64,000 bases of DNA, taken from Dehalococcoidales bacterium. GTDB taxonomy: Bacteria > Chloroflexota > Dehalococcoidia > Dehalococcoidales > RBG-16-60-22. The notes beneath the pieces are model-generated. The model did no database searches, was not told the DNA's origin, and saw only the letters and a list, made by a program, of their open reading frames with translations. Every line of letters begins with the position of its first letter. Position 1 is the stretch's first letter. Both the position numbers and the translations under genes were made by a program. The stretch is from positions 21,916 to 85,915 of the forward strand of contig JBAZGT010000004.1 of NCBI GenBank assembly GCA_041652735.1, in the 5' to 3' direction. Below are positions 36,500-46,922 of this stretch, piece after piece.

Positions 36500-37141
36500 T
36501 TAACCCAGCGCGGTCATTATTTTCCGGTGTACCGCTTCCGGCCCGCCTTCACTGACAACCTCCAGCAGCTTGCCTGCTTTTTTATAATACGCAATCAGCG
36601 GGGAAGTCTCTTTGTTATATACCTCCAGCCGCTTCTTAATCGTCTCCGTGTTATCATCGGCGCGCTGGTAAAGCTCTCCGCCGCAGCGGTCGCACTTGCC
36701 CTTCACCTTGGGCGGGTTGTCCACCTCGTGGTAGGGGGCCTGGCAGTTGCGGCAAACCCAGCGTCCGCCCAGCCTCCGCAGCACCTCTTCCTTGTTTACC
36801 ACGATGTTTACCACCTTATCGATAGTCCGGGACTTCTGCGTCATCGCTTTGTCCAGGGCTTTGGCCTGCTCTATGTTCCTGGGGAAGCCGTCAAAAATAG
36901 CGCCGTTGGCGCAATCCGGGGCGGACAGCCTCTCCAGCACCATCTGGATGGTTATCTCGTCCGGGACCAGCTGTCCCTTTTCCATGTAGACCTTGGCTTT
37001 CTTGCCCAGCTCCGTTTGCTGCTGGAGCGCCTTGCGGAAAAGGTCGCCGGATGCTACCTGCACCAGCTTCAATTTCTCCGCCAGCATTACTGCCTGCGTC
37101 CCTTTCCCCGCGCCGGGGGCTCCCAGGAGAACAATATACAC
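36500..37141 (-). CDS. adk: adenylate kinase (Cys4 lid)
   Basis: ORF track. MYIVLLGAPGAGKGTQA..., with lid CRNCQAPYH...CDRCGGEL. Confidence 0.95.
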   Translation of the reverse strand: MYIVLLGAPGAGKGTQAVMLAEKLKLVQVASGDLFRKALQQQTELGKKAKVYMEKGQLVPDEITIQMVLERLSAPDCANGAIFDGFPRNIEQAKALDKAMTQKSRTIDKVVNIVVNKEEVLRRLGGRWVCRNCQAPYHEVDNPPKVKGKCDRCGGELYQRADDNTETIKKRLEVYNKETSPLIAYYKKAGKLLEVVSEGGPEAVHRKIMTALG

Positions 37142-37149
37142 TTTTACTC

Positions 37150-38475
37150 CTATTTTATAAAGCCTTCATAGCGCCGCATTACCAGCTGCGCTTCCAGTTG
37201 TTTCATCGTATCCAGTACCACACCCACCACAATCAGCATGCCCAGACTGGAAAGCTGGATTTGCTGTACGTTGGTTATGGTACGCGCCAGGAAGGGCATT
37301 ATCGCCACGAATGCCAGGAACAAGGCCCCCGCCCAGGTGATACGGTTGATGACGCCGCTGATATAGGTGGCGGTGTTCTTGCCGGGGCGGATACCGGGGA
37401 TAAAGCCCCCCTGTTTTTGCAGCGTGCCGGGTAGGTCCTGCTGCTGATAGGTAATTATAGTATAAAAGAAGGTAAATGCGATAGATAAAACGAAATAGAA
37501 AATCCAGTAAAAAGCGCCCACCGGTAAATCCGTATTCGGGTTGAACCACCGGACTATCTGGTGCGCGAACCCGCTGCCGTGGTCGAAATAGCTGGCTACC
37601 ACCCCTGGGAACAGCACGATGGACATGGAAAAGATTAGCGGTATCATGCCGGAGGAATTAACGCGCATGGGGATATGGGTGCTGCCGGACTGCCGGTACA
37701 TGCGGCCGCCGCGGAGCACACTGCGGGCATACTGCACCGGTACGCGGCGGTGCGCCTCGGTAAAGATGACGATGAGGATGATGGTCACCAGCACGATGGC
37801 GATGTAGACCAGCAGCCCCATGATATTGCTCTTGGCCAGGAAGCCCTCTCGTATCAGGGACGGGTAGCCGGCCACGATGCCGCCGAAGATGATAATGGAG
37901 ATGCCGTTGCCGATGCCGTATTCCGTAATCAACTCGCCCAGCCAGACCAGGAAGAGCGTGCCGGCGATTAGTGACATGACGATGGTGGCGGTGAGCAGGG
38001 GTACGTTAACCCCGGCGGGCAGGTTGGAGAAATCAACGGCACCGGCGCGCTGTAAAATAACCAGTTGCCCGTAGCCGGAAAGACCGGCCAGCGGCACCGT
38101 CAGCCAGTGGGTAATCATATTTATCTTGTTCTTGCCGGATTCCCCTTCCTGTGAAAGCGCCTGGAGGCGGGGAATAACGGGCACCAGTAATATAATAACG
38201 ATTGACGCGGTAATATACGGGTAAACGCCCATGGAGGCCACGCTGAACTGCTTCATGGCGCCGCCGCTGAAAAGGTCCAGCATACCCAGCAGCGCGTTGC
38301 TCTCGAAGAGATTTTTCAGCGCTTCCGGGTTCAGGCCCGGCAGAGGCACATGGGAAATAAACCGGAAGACCACCAGAATGCCCACGGTGATGAGGATGCG
38401 CCGCCGCAGGTCCGGCAGGCTGAAGGCATCTATCATCGCCTGGAGTAGTCTGGGTCTACTCGACTTTTGCCGCAT
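37150..38475 (-). CDS. secY: preprotein translocase subunit SecY
   Basis: ORF track. 10-TM pattern. GAGGAGG SD lies 6 nt upstream of the ATG at 38475. Confidence 0.93.
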   Translation of the reverse strand: MRQKSSRPRLLQAMIDAFSLPDLRRRILITVGILVVFRFISHVPLPGLNPEALKNLFESNALLGMLDLFSGGAMKQFSVASMGVYPYITASIVIILLVPVIPRLQALSQEGESGKNKINMITHWLTVPLAGLSGYGQLVILQRAGAVDFSNLPAGVNVPLLTATIVMSLIAGTLFLVWLGELITEYGIGNGISIIIFGGIVAGYPSLIREGFLAKSNIMGLLVYIAIVLVTIILIVIFTEAHRRVPVQYARSVLRGGRMYRQSGSTHIPMRVNSSGMIPLIFSMSIVLFPGVVASYFDHGSGFAHQIVRWFNPNTDLPVGAFYWIFYFVLSIAFTFFYTIITYQQQDLPGTLQKQGGFIPGIRPGKNTATYISGVINRITWAGALFLAFVAIMPFLARTITNVQQIQLSSLGMLIVVGVVLDTMKQLEAQLVMRRYEGFIK

Positions 38476-38926
38476 CGGCTACCTCCTCAGCTTTGCCGCC
38501 GGCGGCCTCTATCTTGGCTTTGGCGGAGGCTGAAAATTTATCCGCTTTCACGGTCAGCGGGCGGTCCAGGGCGCCGTCGGCCAGGACTTTAACCGGGTTG
38601 GCCAGCGTCTTGATAATGCCGGCCGCCAGCATTTGCGCTGCGGCTACTTCGCTGCCGGCCTCAAACCGGTTAAGTTCGCCCAAACTGACCAGGTTGTATT
38701 CAATCTTAAAAATGTTGGTAAAACCGCGTTTGCGGGGCAGCCTCTTGATTAAGGGGAGCTGACCGCCCTCGAACCCGGGACGTACTTTATTATTGCCGGC
38801 GCGGGCTTTCTGGCCCTTGCAGCCGCGTCCGGAAAAGGTGCCGTGACCGCTGCCGGTGCCGCGGCCCACGCGCTTGGCGGGATGCCGGGAACCCGGCGCC
38901 GGGGCGATATTATTTTGTTTCACCAA
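38456..38926 (-). CDS. rplO: 50S ribosomal protein L15
   Basis: ORF track. ...GRGTGSGHGTFSGRGCKGQKARAG... Confidence 0.94.
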   Translation of the reverse strand: MVKQNNIAPAPGSRHPAKRVGRGTGSGHGTFSGRGCKGQKARAGNNKVRPGFEGGQLPLIKRLPRKRGFTNIFKIEYNLVSLGELNRFEAGSEVAAAQMLAAGIIKTLANPVKVLADGALDRPLTVKADKFSASAKAKIEAAGGKAEEVADAAKVE

Positions 38927-39104
38927 GGTCTTCCTCCACTTTAACCAGGTGTCTCACCTTGTTAATCATGCCGCGCAGCGAGTTTGAATCTTCACGGACC
39001 ACGCTCTGATTAAGGCGATGAAAACCCAGGGTTGTAATCGTTTTACGCTGGCTTTCGTCGTAGCCGATGCTGCTTTTAATCCAGGTAATGCGTATCTTAC
39101 TCAC
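38910..39104 (-). CDS. rpmD: 50S ribosomal protein L30
   Basis: ORF track. [33 protein letters not shown]... Confidence 0.92.
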   Translation of the reverse strand: MSKIRITWIKSSIGYDESQRKTITTLGFHRLNQSVVREDSNSLRGMINKVRHLVKVEEDLGETK

Positions 39105-39621
39105 GGGCGGACGCCTCCCCGGTGGTTATTCCCGCCTTGCGTTTGGCCAGTTCCTCTTTAGGGTTCTTCAGTTCGGTCAGGGCGTAAATGGTAGCCCGGG
39201 CGACATTGATATGGTTTGAGTTGCCGAGCGACTTGGTTAAAATGTCCTTCACGCCGCAGGCCTCCAGCACGGCACGGATGCTGCCCCCGGCGATGACGCC
39301 GGTGCCGGGCACGGCGGGCTTTAACATGACCGTGGCCGCCCCGTAGTTTACCGTGATTTCATGCGGAATGGTGCTGCCGGCCAGGGGCACTTTAATCAGG
39401 TTCTTGCGCGCCTGGGCGCCGCCCTTGCTGATGGCGGTGGGGACTTCATTGGCCTTGCCAATGCCCACGCCCACGTGCCCTTCGCCGTCACCGGTGACCA
39501 CCAAAGCGCTGAAACGGAGGCGCTTGCCCCCTTTCATCACCTTGGCCACGCGGTTGACGTTAATCAGCTTATCATTAAGGTTCAGATCCGCTGCATCAAT
39601 GCGACTTAGTGGTTGCTTCAT
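39097..39621 (-). CDS. rpsE: 30S ribosomal protein S5
   Basis: ORF track. ...[36 protein letters not shown]... Confidence 0.95.
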   Translation of the reverse strand: MKQPLSRIDAADLNLNDKLINVNRVAKVMKGGKRLRFSALVVTGDGEGHVGVGIGKANEVPTAISKGGAQARKNLIKVPLAGSTIPHEITVNYGAATVMLKPAVPGTGVIAGGSIRAVLEACGVKDILTKSLGNSNHINVARATIYALTELKNPKEELAKRKAGITTGEASARE

Positions 39622-39639
39622 CAGACCCCATATCCTCTC

Positions 39640-40005
39640 TTAGAACTTGAGCCCGCCTTTACGGGCTGCTTCTGCCAGGGCCTTGACGCGGCCGTGGTAT
39701 TTGAATCCGCCGCGGTCGAAAGCCACAAGGCTGATTCCTTTTTCCGCGGCGCGCTTCGCCAGTAATGTGCCTACCAACTCCGCCTCGCTGGTTTTGTTCT
39801 TTTTCTTGGTATCCTTCTTAACATCGGCATCAAGAGTGGAGGCGGCGGCCAGCGTCCGTCCCTGTAAATCATCGATTACCTGGGCGTAAATATGGTTCAG
39901 GCTGCGGAAAATGCAGAGGCGCGGACGGGTTTCCGTGCCGGCTATCTTCTCCCTGACCCTGCTGTGTCTCCTGATGCGTGATTCCCTGGTATAAGATTTA
40001 GTCAT
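39640..40005 (-). CDS. rplR: 50S ribosomal protein L18
   Basis: ORF track. ...[20 protein letters not shown]...[26 protein letters not shown]. Confidence 0.95.
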   Translation of the reverse strand: MTKSYTRESRIRRHSRVREKIAGTETRPRLCIFRSLNHIYAQVIDDLQGRTLAAASTLDADVKKDTKKKNKTSEAELVGTLLAKRAAEKGISLVAFDRGGFKYHGRVKALAEAARKGGLKF

Positions 40006-40007
40006 TT

Positions 40008-40559
40008 TTATTTCCTGCCAACCACCTTACCGGCCTTGCCGGGTTTAAGATGTACTTTTTCTCCCGCGTACCTGATGCCCTTGCCTTTGTAGTGGTCCGG
40101 CACGCGCAGGGCACGGATTTCCGCGGCCATTTCACCCACGTCTTCTTTATTGATACCGCTCACCTTTATCTTGGTGGTCCCTTCCAGGGAAAGGGTCAGC
40201 CCGGGTTTGGGCACCACTTCCACCTGGTGGGAATAGCCGAGACGCAGGTTGAGTTTCTCCCCGGTTTTCTCGGCGCGGTAGCCCACCCCCACTATTTCCA
40301 GGTTCTTCTCAAAGCCCTTGGAAACGCCCTGCACCATATTCGCCAGCAGGGTGCGGGTAAGCCCGTGAAAGGCGCGGTGTTTCTTGGCATCGCTGGGGCG
40401 GCTGACCGTAATGGTGCTGTTTTCCAGTTTGATGCCCATTTCCGCGGGCAGGGAACGCTTAAGCTCCCCCTTGGGACCTTTCACCGTGACGGTGCTGCCG
40501 GCGATGTTGACCGTCACCCCGGACGGTACGGCTATCGGCAATTTTCCTATTCTAGACAT
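40008..40559 (-). CDS. rplF: 50S ribosomal protein L6
   Basis: The track ORF extends to 40568 (GTG). ATG at 40559 (MSRIGKLPI...) has a GGAG SD 8 nt upstream. Confidence 0.93.
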   Translation of the reverse strand: MSRIGKLPIAVPSGVTVNIAGSTVTVKGPKGELKRSLPAEMGIKLENSTITVSRPSDAKKHRAFHGLTRTLLANMVQGVSKGFEKNLEIVGVGYRAEKTGEKLNLRLGYSHQVEVVPKPGLTLSLEGTTKIKVSGINKEDVGEMAAEIRALRVPDHYKGKGIRYAGEKVHLKPGKAGKVVGRK

Positions 40560-40580
40560 AAATATCACTCCAAGTGGTGT

Positions 40581-40988
40581 TTACCAGATGTAACATAAAA
40601 GCTCACCGCCGGAGCCCTGGCGCCAGGCTTGCTGCCCGGTGCGGAGGCCCTTGGAGGTGGAAAGGATGGCGATGCCCAGCCCCCCGTAAACGCGCGGTAT
40701 CTCTTTCTTCTGCACGTACAGGCGGAGCCCGGGTTTGCTCATGCGCTTCAGGCCGGAGATGGCCGGCTTGTTATTTTCCATGTAGCGCAGCTGCACTTTT
40801 ATCTCCCGGTGGGGCTTACCCTTGACTACCTCGTAGTCGGTAATAAAGCCTTCCTCTTTCAGGATATTAGCTATAGCCAGCTTAATCTTGGAAGCGGGTA
40901 CCAGGACACTATCGTGCCTTACCATGATGGCATTTCTTATACGGGTCAACATATCAGCAATTGGGTCTGTCACTGTCACACCTACCAT
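40581..40988 (-). CDS. rpsH: 30S ribosomal protein S8
   Basis: ORF track. ...[14 protein letters not shown].... An alternative GTG start at 40973 has a GGTG SD-like element upstream. Confidence 0.93.
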   Translation of the reverse strand: MVGVTVTDPIADMLTRIRNAIMVRHDSVLVPASKIKLAIANILKEEGFITDYEVVKGKPHREIKVQLRYMENNKPAISGLKRMSKPGLRLYVQKKEIPRVYGGLGIAILSTSKGLRTGQQAWRQGSGGELLCYIW

Positions 40989-41000
40989 TATTACTTTAGC

Positions 41001-41186
41001 TTACCAGCTGGATTTTCTTACGCCAGGGAGTTGCGCATCAAGAGCCAAGTGCCTGAAACATATCCGGCAGATGCCGAATTTGCGTATGTAAGCCCGGGGC
41101 CGTCCGCAGATCTTGCACCGGTTGTGCTTGCGCACCGCGAACTTGGGCTTGCGCTGTGATTTCAGAATCATTGATTTCTTAGCCAT
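41001..41186 (-). CDS. rpsZ: 30S ribosomal protein S14 type Z (zinc-binding)
   Basis: ORF track. 61 aa, ...[22 protein letters not shown]... Confidence 0.94.
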   Translation of the reverse strand: MAKKSMILKSQRKPKFAVRKHNRCKICGRPRAYIRKFGICRICFRHLALDAQLPGVRKSSW

Positions 41187-41188
41187 GA

Positions 41189-41740
41189 TTAATCCTCTCC
41201 CTCCTTCGCGAAGGGCATGCCCAGCAGCTCCAGCAGGCGTTTGCCGTCCTCGTCGTTCCTGGCGGTGGTTACGATTGATATTTCCATGCCGCGTATCTTG
41301 TCAACCTTGTCATACTCTATTTCCGGGAACAGGATTTGCTCTTTGAGCCCCAGCGTGTAGTTGCCGCGGCCGTCGAAAGCCTCCCCGGAAACTCCCTGGA
41401 ACTCGTGCATGCGGGGGAGCACCGCGTTGACCAGCTTATCGAAGAAAGCCCACATGCGCTCGCCGCGTAAAGTCACCTTGAGGCCGATGGGCATCCCCTG
41501 CCGCAGCTTGAAATTGGCGATGGACTTGCGCGAGCGGGTGGTCAGGGCGTGCTGCCCGGCGATAGCCACCAGGTCCGCCTCCGCCGCTTCCAGACTCTTG
41601 GCGTTGGCGATAGCCTCGCCCATGCCTATATTGAGCACTATTTTCTCCATGCGGGGCACCTGCATCACGTTATCGTAGCCGCAGAGCTCCTGCAAACGGG
41701 AAACTACTTCTTTGGTGTATTTTTCTTTTAATCTGGCCAT
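41189..41740 (-). CDS. rplE: 50S ribosomal protein L5
   Basis: ORF track. MARLKEKY...[19 protein letters not shown]... Confidence 0.95.
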   Translation of the reverse strand: MARLKEKYTKEVVSRLQELCGYDNVMQVPRMEKIVLNIGMGEAIANAKSLEAAEADLVAIAGQHALTTRSRKSIANFKLRQGMPIGLKVTLRGERMWAFFDKLVNAVLPRMHEFQGVSGEAFDGRGNYTLGLKEQILFPEIEYDKVDKIRGMEISIVTTARNDEDGKRLLELLGMPFAKEGED

Positions 41741-42051
41741 TAGTCTATCACCTCATGGCAGACGCGGCATACCCTTACGCGGCGGCCGTCTTCCAGCTTC
41801 TGCGCGCCTACGCGCGCGGGCTTGCTGCACTTGCTGCACAGGTACATTACCTTGGAGACGTGCAGGGGCGCTTCGATATCGATAATGCCGGCCTGCCGGG
41901 CGGCTCCCTTGGCTTTGGAGTGCTTCTTTACGAAATTCAAGCCTTCAACGATAATTTTCTGCTGCTGCGGGTAGGCAAAGCGGACCTTGCCTTTTTTCCC
42001 TTTGTCCTTGCCCGCGATAACGAGCACGGTATCGTCTTTTTGTATCTTCAT
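41740..42051 (-). CDS. rplX: 50S ribosomal protein L24 (with C-terminal CxxC...CxxC)
   Basis: ORF track. [23 protein letters not shown] (KOW), with C-terminus ...[32 protein letters not shown]. Confidence 0.94.
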   Translation of the reverse strand: MKIQKDDTVLVIAGKDKGKKGKVRFAYPQQQKIIVEGLNFVKKHSKAKGAARQAGIIDIEAPLHVSKVMYLCSKCSKPARVGAQKLEDGRRVRVCRVCHEVID

Positions 42052-42066
42052 AATTATCTCTGCCTT

Positions 42067-42435
42067 TTATAATACCTCCGGCGCCAGCGAGACAATTTTG
42101 GTATACTGCTTGTCTCTCAGTTCCCTGGCTACCGGGCCGAAAATGCGGGTGCCCTTGGGGTTGTTCTTATCGCTCAGGATAACCGCCGCGTTTTCATCGA
42201 ATTTAATGTAAGAGCCGTCCGGCCGGCGGAAAGGGTAGACGGTACGCACTACCACCGCCCGTACCACGTCGCCCTTCTTGGTGGCGGCATTGGGGGTGGC
42301 TTTCTTTACCGAGGCCACGATGGTATCGCCGAGATAGGCGTACCGGCGCCGGGTGCCGCCCAGGACGTTGATGCACATTATCTCACGTGCCCCGGAGTTA
42401 TCGGCTACCTTGAGTCTGGAATTCATCTGAATCAT
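42067..42435 (-). CDS. rplN: 50S ribosomal protein L14
   Basis: ORF track. [22 protein letters not shown]... Confidence 0.96.
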   Translation of the reverse strand: MIQMNSRLKVADNSGAREIMCINVLGGTRRRYAYLGDTIVASVKKATPNAATKKGDVVRAVVVRTVYPFRRPDGSYIKFDENAAVILSDKNNPKGTRIFGPVARELRDKQYTKIVSLAPEVL

Positions 42436-42453
42436 GTTAGTCCCACCAATATC

Positions 42454-42747
42454 CTAGTTCGTTATTTCTTCCGGCTTGATTTCCGCCACTTCGCCTTTGG
42501 TTACTATCTCAATAACGCGCCATCTCTTCAGTTTGGAGAGCGGGCGGGTCTCCTCGATTTTCACGGTATCGCCAATCTTGCTTATCTTGTTTTCATCATG
42601 AGCGTAGTATTTAACCACCCGGCGGATGATCTTCTTATATAGCGGGTGACGCCGGGGCGTATCCACGGCAACGACCACGGTCTTGTTCATGATATCGCTG
42701 ACTACTTTACCGTACCTGGTCTTGCGTTTTATTTCCATAGTATCCAA
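42454..42747 (-). CDS. rpsQ: 30S ribosomal protein S17
   Basis: ORF track. ...[18 protein letters not shown]...[10 protein letters not shown]...YAHDE... Confidence 0.94.
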   Translation of the reverse strand: MDTMEIKRKTRYGKVVSDIMNKTVVVAVDTPRRHPLYKKIIRRVVKYYAHDENKISKIGDTVKIEETRPLSKLKRWRVIEIVTKGEVAEIKPEEITN

Positions 42748-42749
42748 TC

Positions 42750-42953
42750 CTACCTTATCCCCAGTTGTCTTTCCGCGATGATGGTCTTGATGCGGGCAAC
42801 CTTCCGTCTGACCCGCCGGACCTCGCGGTGATTTACGAGCTGCTTGGTGGAGAGGCGAAAGCGCAGGTTGAACAGCTCCTGGTGGGTGTCTTCCAGCAGC
42901 TTCGCCAGGTCTTCCGTGCTTAATTCTCTTACATCCTTAACTTTAGACGCCAT
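42750..42953 (-). CDS. rpmC: 50S ribosomal protein L29
   Basis: ORF track. ...[29 protein letters not shown]... Confidence 0.93.
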   Translation of the reverse strand: MASKVKDVRELSTEDLAKLLEDTHQELFNLRFRLSTKQLVNHREVRRVRRKVARIKTIIAERQLGIR

Positions 42954-42959
42954 GGCTCC

Positions 42960-43400
42960 CTACTTTGCCACCTCATCCGCGCCGGTGGCGAGACTTTCTT
43001 TATAGACGAAACGCGTTTTCAAGGGCAATTTGTGGGCGGCGAGGCGGATGGCATCCTTGGCCACCTTTTCCCCCACGCCGGACATTTCAAACATGACTCT
43101 CCCGGCCTTAACGACTGCCACCCAGTGGTCCGGCAGTCCCTTGCCGCTGCCCATACGGGTTTCCGCGGGCTTCTTGGTCACGGGCTTGTCCGGGAAAATG
43201 CGTATCCACACCTGGCCGCCGCGGCGGATATGGCGGGTAATGGCGCGGCGTGCCGCCTCTATCTGGGCGCTGGTTAGCCAGGCGGACTCCATTGCCTGGA
43301 GCCCGTATTCCCCAAAGCTCACGGTATTGCCGGCATGGGCTTTACCGCGGCGGGAGCCCCGTTGTGATTTCCGGTATTTTACACGCTTGGGCTGATCCAT
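42960..43400 (-). CDS. rplP: 50S ribosomal protein L16
   Basis: ORF track. ...[18 protein letters not shown]...[33 protein letters not shown]. Confidence 0.95.
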   Translation of the reverse strand: MDQPKRVKYRKSQRGSRRGKAHAGNTVSFGEYGLQAMESAWLTSAQIEAARRAITRHIRRGGQVWIRIFPDKPVTKKPAETRMGSGKGLPDHWVAVVKAGRVMFEMSGVGEKVAKDAIRLAAHKLPLKTRFVYKESLATGADEVAK

Positions 43401-43401
43401 G

Positions 43402-44496
43402 CTATTCCTCTTCCTTGTGCTTAGTTACCCCGGATTTCCTGGTGGTCCTGGCCGGGGGTTCCGGAGTTTCCGGGATTTCCGCGGCGGGCCTGGCGGCTTT
43501 CTTGGCCTTGGGTTTGGCCTCTTCTTCCGCTTCCGCCTCGGCGGGTTTAACGGCTTTCTTTACCTTGGGTTTGGCGGCTTTTTCTTCCGCTTCAGGGGCA
43601 GCCGCTTTAGTTGCTTTAGCTGCCTTGGCCGGTTTTTCTTCGGCCTTGGCTACGGCTGCTGCCAGTTTTTCTCCGACGATGGAAACGTGGCCGGCTTTAG
43701 GCGCCCGGCCGGACTTTTCTTCCGCGGCGGGCGCGGCTTTTACTGCTTTGGCCGGTTTTTCCTCGGCGGCAGGGGCGGGGGCTGCTTTAGCGGCGGCCTC
43801 CGCCGGTTTTTCCGCGGCGGTATCCGCGGCGGCTTCCGCCGGTTTTTCTTCAGGCTCGGCCGTCTTGATTTCCGGCAGCACCTGTCCTTTATATATCCAT
43901 ACTTTTACCCCGATGCGCCCCAGCGTGGTGTGCGCCTCGGTGAAACCGTAATCGATATCAGCTCTCAAAGTGTGCAGCGGCACCTGGCCCTCGTGCATGG
44001 TCTGGCGGCGGGCTATTTCCGCGTTGGCCAGGCGGCCGGCGGCGCTCACTTTAACGCCCTTGGCGCCGGACTGCAATGACCGGAAAATGGCCTGTTTCAT
44101 GGCGCGCCGGTAGGCTACGCGGCGCTCTATCTGTTCCGCCACGGAACGCGCCACCAGGTAGGCGTCCATCTCCGGCTGGCGGATTTCCTGGATGTTCAGC
44201 CTCACCTTTTTGCTGATGAGCGCTTCAAGGTTCTGGCGCATTTCATCCACGCGCGAACCGCCCCGGCCGATGACGATGCCGGGTCTGGCGGTATGCAAAG
44301 TGATAGTTACATCTTTGGCCTGGCGGTCGATTTCTACCAGTGAGATGCCGGCTTCCGGGTACTTGTTTTTGATGTATTGCCGGAGCTTGTTATCCTCCTG
44401 GATAAATTCGGCATAGTGAGCCTCACTATACCATTTCGACTGCCAGTCTTTGATGACTCCAAGTCTGAATCCTATGGGGTGTACTTTATGACCCAA
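43402..44496 (-). CDS. rpsC: 30S ribosomal protein S3 with ~155-aa Ala/Glu/Lys/Pro-rich C-terminal extension
   Basis: ORF track. 364 aa. The conserved core [14 protein letters not shown]...[12 protein letters not shown] ends near aa 205. The remainder is low complexity (EEKPAEAAA..., [19 protein letters not shown]...). Confidence 0.93.
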   Translation of the reverse strand: MGHKVHPIGFRLGVIKDWQSKWYSEAHYAEFIQEDNKLRQYIKNKYPEAGISLVEIDRQAKDVTITLHTARPGIVIGRGGSRVDEMRQNLEALISKKVRLNIQEIRQPEMDAYLVARSVAEQIERRVAYRRAMKQAIFRSLQSGAKGVKVSAAGRLANAEIARRQTMHEGQVPLHTLRADIDYGFTEAHTTLGRIGVKVWIYKGQVLPEIKTAEPEEKPAEAAADTAAEKPAEAAAKAAPAPAAEEKPAKAVKAAPAAEEKSGRAPKAGHVSIVGEKLAAAVAKAEEKPAKAAKATKAAAPEAEEKAAKPKVKKAVKPAEAEAEEEAKPKAKKAARPAAEIPETPEPPARTTRKSGVTKHKEEE

Positions 44497-44835
44497 TTAG
44501 CCCTCCTGCTCTGCAACTATCACGGTGACGTGGCTGGAATTCTTATGTAAGGGGCTGGCCCGCCCCCTCGACCGCGCCCGGAAGCGGCGCATGCTGCGCG
44601 CGACATCTACATTAATCTTGACCACTATGAGGTCCGCGGGGTCCATCTGAAAGTTGTTTTCCGCATTAGCCACGGCGGAACGTACCACCTTGGCGATAAG
44701 CCTCGCCTTGGGTGACGGAGCGTAGCGCAGCAGGTTCAGCGCTTCGTCAACTCTCTTGCCCCGCACCATGTCCACCAGTGGCCGCATCTTGCTGGCGGGC
44801 ATGCCGGTGTCTTTAGCTATAGCTTTTACTTCCAC
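44497..44835 (-). CDS. rplV: 50S ribosomal protein L22
   Basis: ORF track. ...SKMRPLVDMVRGKRVDEALNLL... Confidence 0.94.
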   Translation of the reverse strand: MEVKAIAKDTGMPASKMRPLVDMVRGKRVDEALNLLRYAPSPKARLIAKVVRSAVANAENNFQMDPADLIVVKINVDVARSMRRFRARSRGRASPLHKNSSHVTVIVAEQEG

Positions 44836-44856
44836 TTTAATTCACCTTATCCCAGG

Positions 44857-45129
44857 TTACTCTTTATCTGACTTGGTCCCGTGCCCTCTGAAGGTGCGGG
44901 TAGGGGCAAACTCGCCGAGTTTATGGCCGACCATGTTTTCGTTGATATAGATGGGCACATGCCGGCGGCCGTCATGCACGCCGATTGTTAAACCCACCAT
45001 CTGCGGTAAAATCGTAGAGCGCCTCGCCCAGGTCTTGATTACGGTTTTCTTGCCGGAGCGTATCGCGGCGTCTACGTGTTTTTCCAGCTTTTCATCAACT
45101 GCCGGTCCCTTTTTAGTAGATCTTGACAT
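44857..45129 (-). CDS. rpsS: 30S ribosomal protein S19
   Basis: ORF track. [12 protein letters not shown]...[32 protein letters not shown]. Confidence 0.95.
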   Translation of the reverse strand: MSRSTKKGPAVDEKLEKHVDAAIRSGKKTVIKTWARRSTILPQMVGLTIGVHDGRRHVPIYINENMVGHKLGEFAPTRTFRGHGTKSDKE

Positions 45130-45146
45130 GTTCCCTCTTTAACCGC

Positions 45147-45974
45147 CTATTTGCCTCTGCGTTTTACAATCAATTTATCGGATGCCTTCGGCTTGCGGGT
45201 CTTGTAGCCGAGGGCCGGTTTGCCCCACGGTGTCTTGGGTCCAGGCATACCGATGGGGGAGCGGCCTTCGCCGCCGCCATGGGGATGGTCGCGGGGGCTC
45301 ATTACCGAGCCTCTAACGGTGGGACGCCAGCCCATGTGCCGCTTGCGCCCGGCCTTGCCCAGGCTGATATTCTGGTGCTCCAGGTTCCCGATTTGCCCCA
45401 CGGTGGCGATGCACTCGCTCAGGATGCGGCGGATTTCGCCGGAGGGGAGGCGGATAAGGACGTTATCGCCTTCCTTGACCATCAGCTGGGCGGAGCCGCC
45501 GGCGCTGCGCACCATCTGGCCGCCGCGCCCTTTCTGTACCTCGATGTTATGTATCTCGATGCCGGTGGGCATCAGTTTCATGGGCATGGAGTTGCCCGGT
45601 TTAATTTCTGCGTTGTTGCCGGACATCACCGTATCGCCGACATTCAGGCCGACCGGCGCGATGATGTAGCGCTTTTCCCCGTCCACGTAGTAGATGAGGG
45701 CGATGCGCGCCGAGCGGTTGGGGTCGTACTCGATGGAGGCAACCTTGCCGGGGATATCGAACTTGTCCCGCTTGAAATCTATAATGCGCAGTTTGCGCTT
45801 TTCGCCGCCGCCGCGGTGGCGCACGGTGATTTTGCCGCGGTTGTTGCGCCCGGCTTTGCTTTTCTTGGCCACAGTCAGCGATTTCTCCGGCTTGCTCCTG
45901 GTAATCTCGTCGAAGGTATAGCTGCTCTGGTTGCGCCGGCCGGGAGAGGTCGGACGATATATTTTTATAGCCAC
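45147..45974 (-). CDS. rplB: 50S ribosomal protein L2
   Basis: ORF track. [14 protein letters not shown]...RHRGGG.KR.LR.IDFKR...[12 protein letters not shown]. Confidence 0.96.
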   Translation of the reverse strand: MAIKIYRPTSPGRRNQSSYTFDEITRSKPEKSLTVAKKSKAGRNNRGKITVRHRGGGEKRKLRIIDFKRDKFDIPGKVASIEYDPNRSARIALIYYVDGEKRYIIAPVGLNVGDTVMSGNNAEIKPGNSMPMKLMPTGIEIHNIEVQKGRGGQMVRSAGGSAQLMVKEGDNVLIRLPSGEIRRILSECIATVGQIGNLEHQNISLGKAGRKRHMGWRPTVRGSVMSPRDHPHGGGEGRSPIGMPGPKTPWGKPALGYKTRKPKASDKLIVKRRGK

Positions 45975-45992
45975 CTGGCTTCCCCTTTCATA

Positions 45993-46277
45993 CTATACGC
46001 CTTCAAAGTACTCTATTTTGTCCCCCGCCTTGAGGGTGACGATTGCTTTTTTCCAGGGCAAAGTGTGCACCATCCGGCGTCCCATTCGCTTGGTCTTGCC
46101 GCGCACGGTGACCACGTTGACTCCCATGACCGTGACTTTGAACGCTTTTTCCACCGCCTGTTTTATCATCAGCTTGTTGGCCCCGTCAGCGATTTCAAAG
46201 ACGTATTTATTCAAATCCTGCAATGCCGTGCTTTTTTCCGTAATCAGCGGACGGCGCAGCACCTCATAAAGATGCAT
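45993..46277 (-). CDS. rplW: 50S ribosomal protein L23
   Basis: ORF track. ...VLRRPLITEKST...FEIADGANK..IKQAVEK.F.V.V..VN. Confidence 0.94.
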   Translation of the reverse strand: MHLYEVLRRPLITEKSTALQDLNKYVFEIADGANKLMIKQAVEKAFKVTVMGVNVVTVRGKTKRMGRRMVHTLPWKKAIVTLKAGDKIEYFEGV

Positions 46278-46921
46278 TATTCGCCCCCTTTGGCTGCCCC
46301 GTTGTCCCAGAGCTTTTCCGCGACGCGAACGGCCGCCTCGGTCATGAGCAGCGTCTTGTGTGACATGATATCTATAACATTCAATACGCTGGCCGGCATG
46401 GTGGTGACGGCCGGGATGTTGCGGGCTGACTTTACCACGTTTGCCTCCGTCGCGGGGGTGACGATGAGGGCGGAGGACTCTATGCCCAGTGCATTCAGCA
46501 CGTTTATCATATTTTTGGTCTTGACCTCGGTGAAGTCAAAAGCGTCCAGCACTTTCAAATCGCCTTCGCCGGCTTTGGAGGAAAGGAGGCAGCGCAGGGC
46601 TAAACGGCGCATTTTCTTGGGTGTATCCTGGCGGTAGTCCCGCGGGTGGGGCCCGAAAGCCACGCCGCCGCCGCGGCGGGTAGGGGATTTCTTGCTGCCG
46701 GCGCGGGCGTTGCCGGTGCCCTTCTGCCGGTAAAGCTTCTTGGTGCTGCCGTTGATCATGCCGCGGGTCTTGCTGGCCGCCGTGCCCTGGCGGGCGTTGG
46801 CCTGCAAACCGACCATTACCTGGTGGACGACCGTCTCATTGAACGGCACGCCGAAAACGGCATCGCTTATATCTATTTTCCGGACTTCTTCACCGGCAAT
46901 GTTAAAAACTGGAACCTGCAC
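46277..46921 (-). CDS. rplD: 50S ribosomal protein L4
   Basis: ORF track. ...QKGTGNARAGS..SP..RGGGVAFGP.PRDY... Confidence 0.95.
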   Translation of the reverse strand: MQVPVFNIAGEEVRKIDISDAVFGVPFNETVVHQVMVGLQANARQGTAASKTRGMINGSTKKLYRQKGTGNARAGSKKSPTRRGGGVAFGPHPRDYRQDTPKKMRRLALRCLLSSKAGEGDLKVLDAFDFTEVKTKNMINVLNALGIESSALIVTPATEANVVKSARNIPAVTTMPASVLNVIDIMSHKTLLMTEAAVRVAEKLWDNGAAKGGE

Positions 46922-46922
46922 C

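Noticed and set aside
45123-46637. 504-aa ORF on the plus strand.
   Set aside because: It is entirely antisense to rplB, rplW and rplD, whose products are unmistakable. The translation is low complexity (Ala/Gly/His-rich), as is typical of shadow frames in GC-rich DNA.
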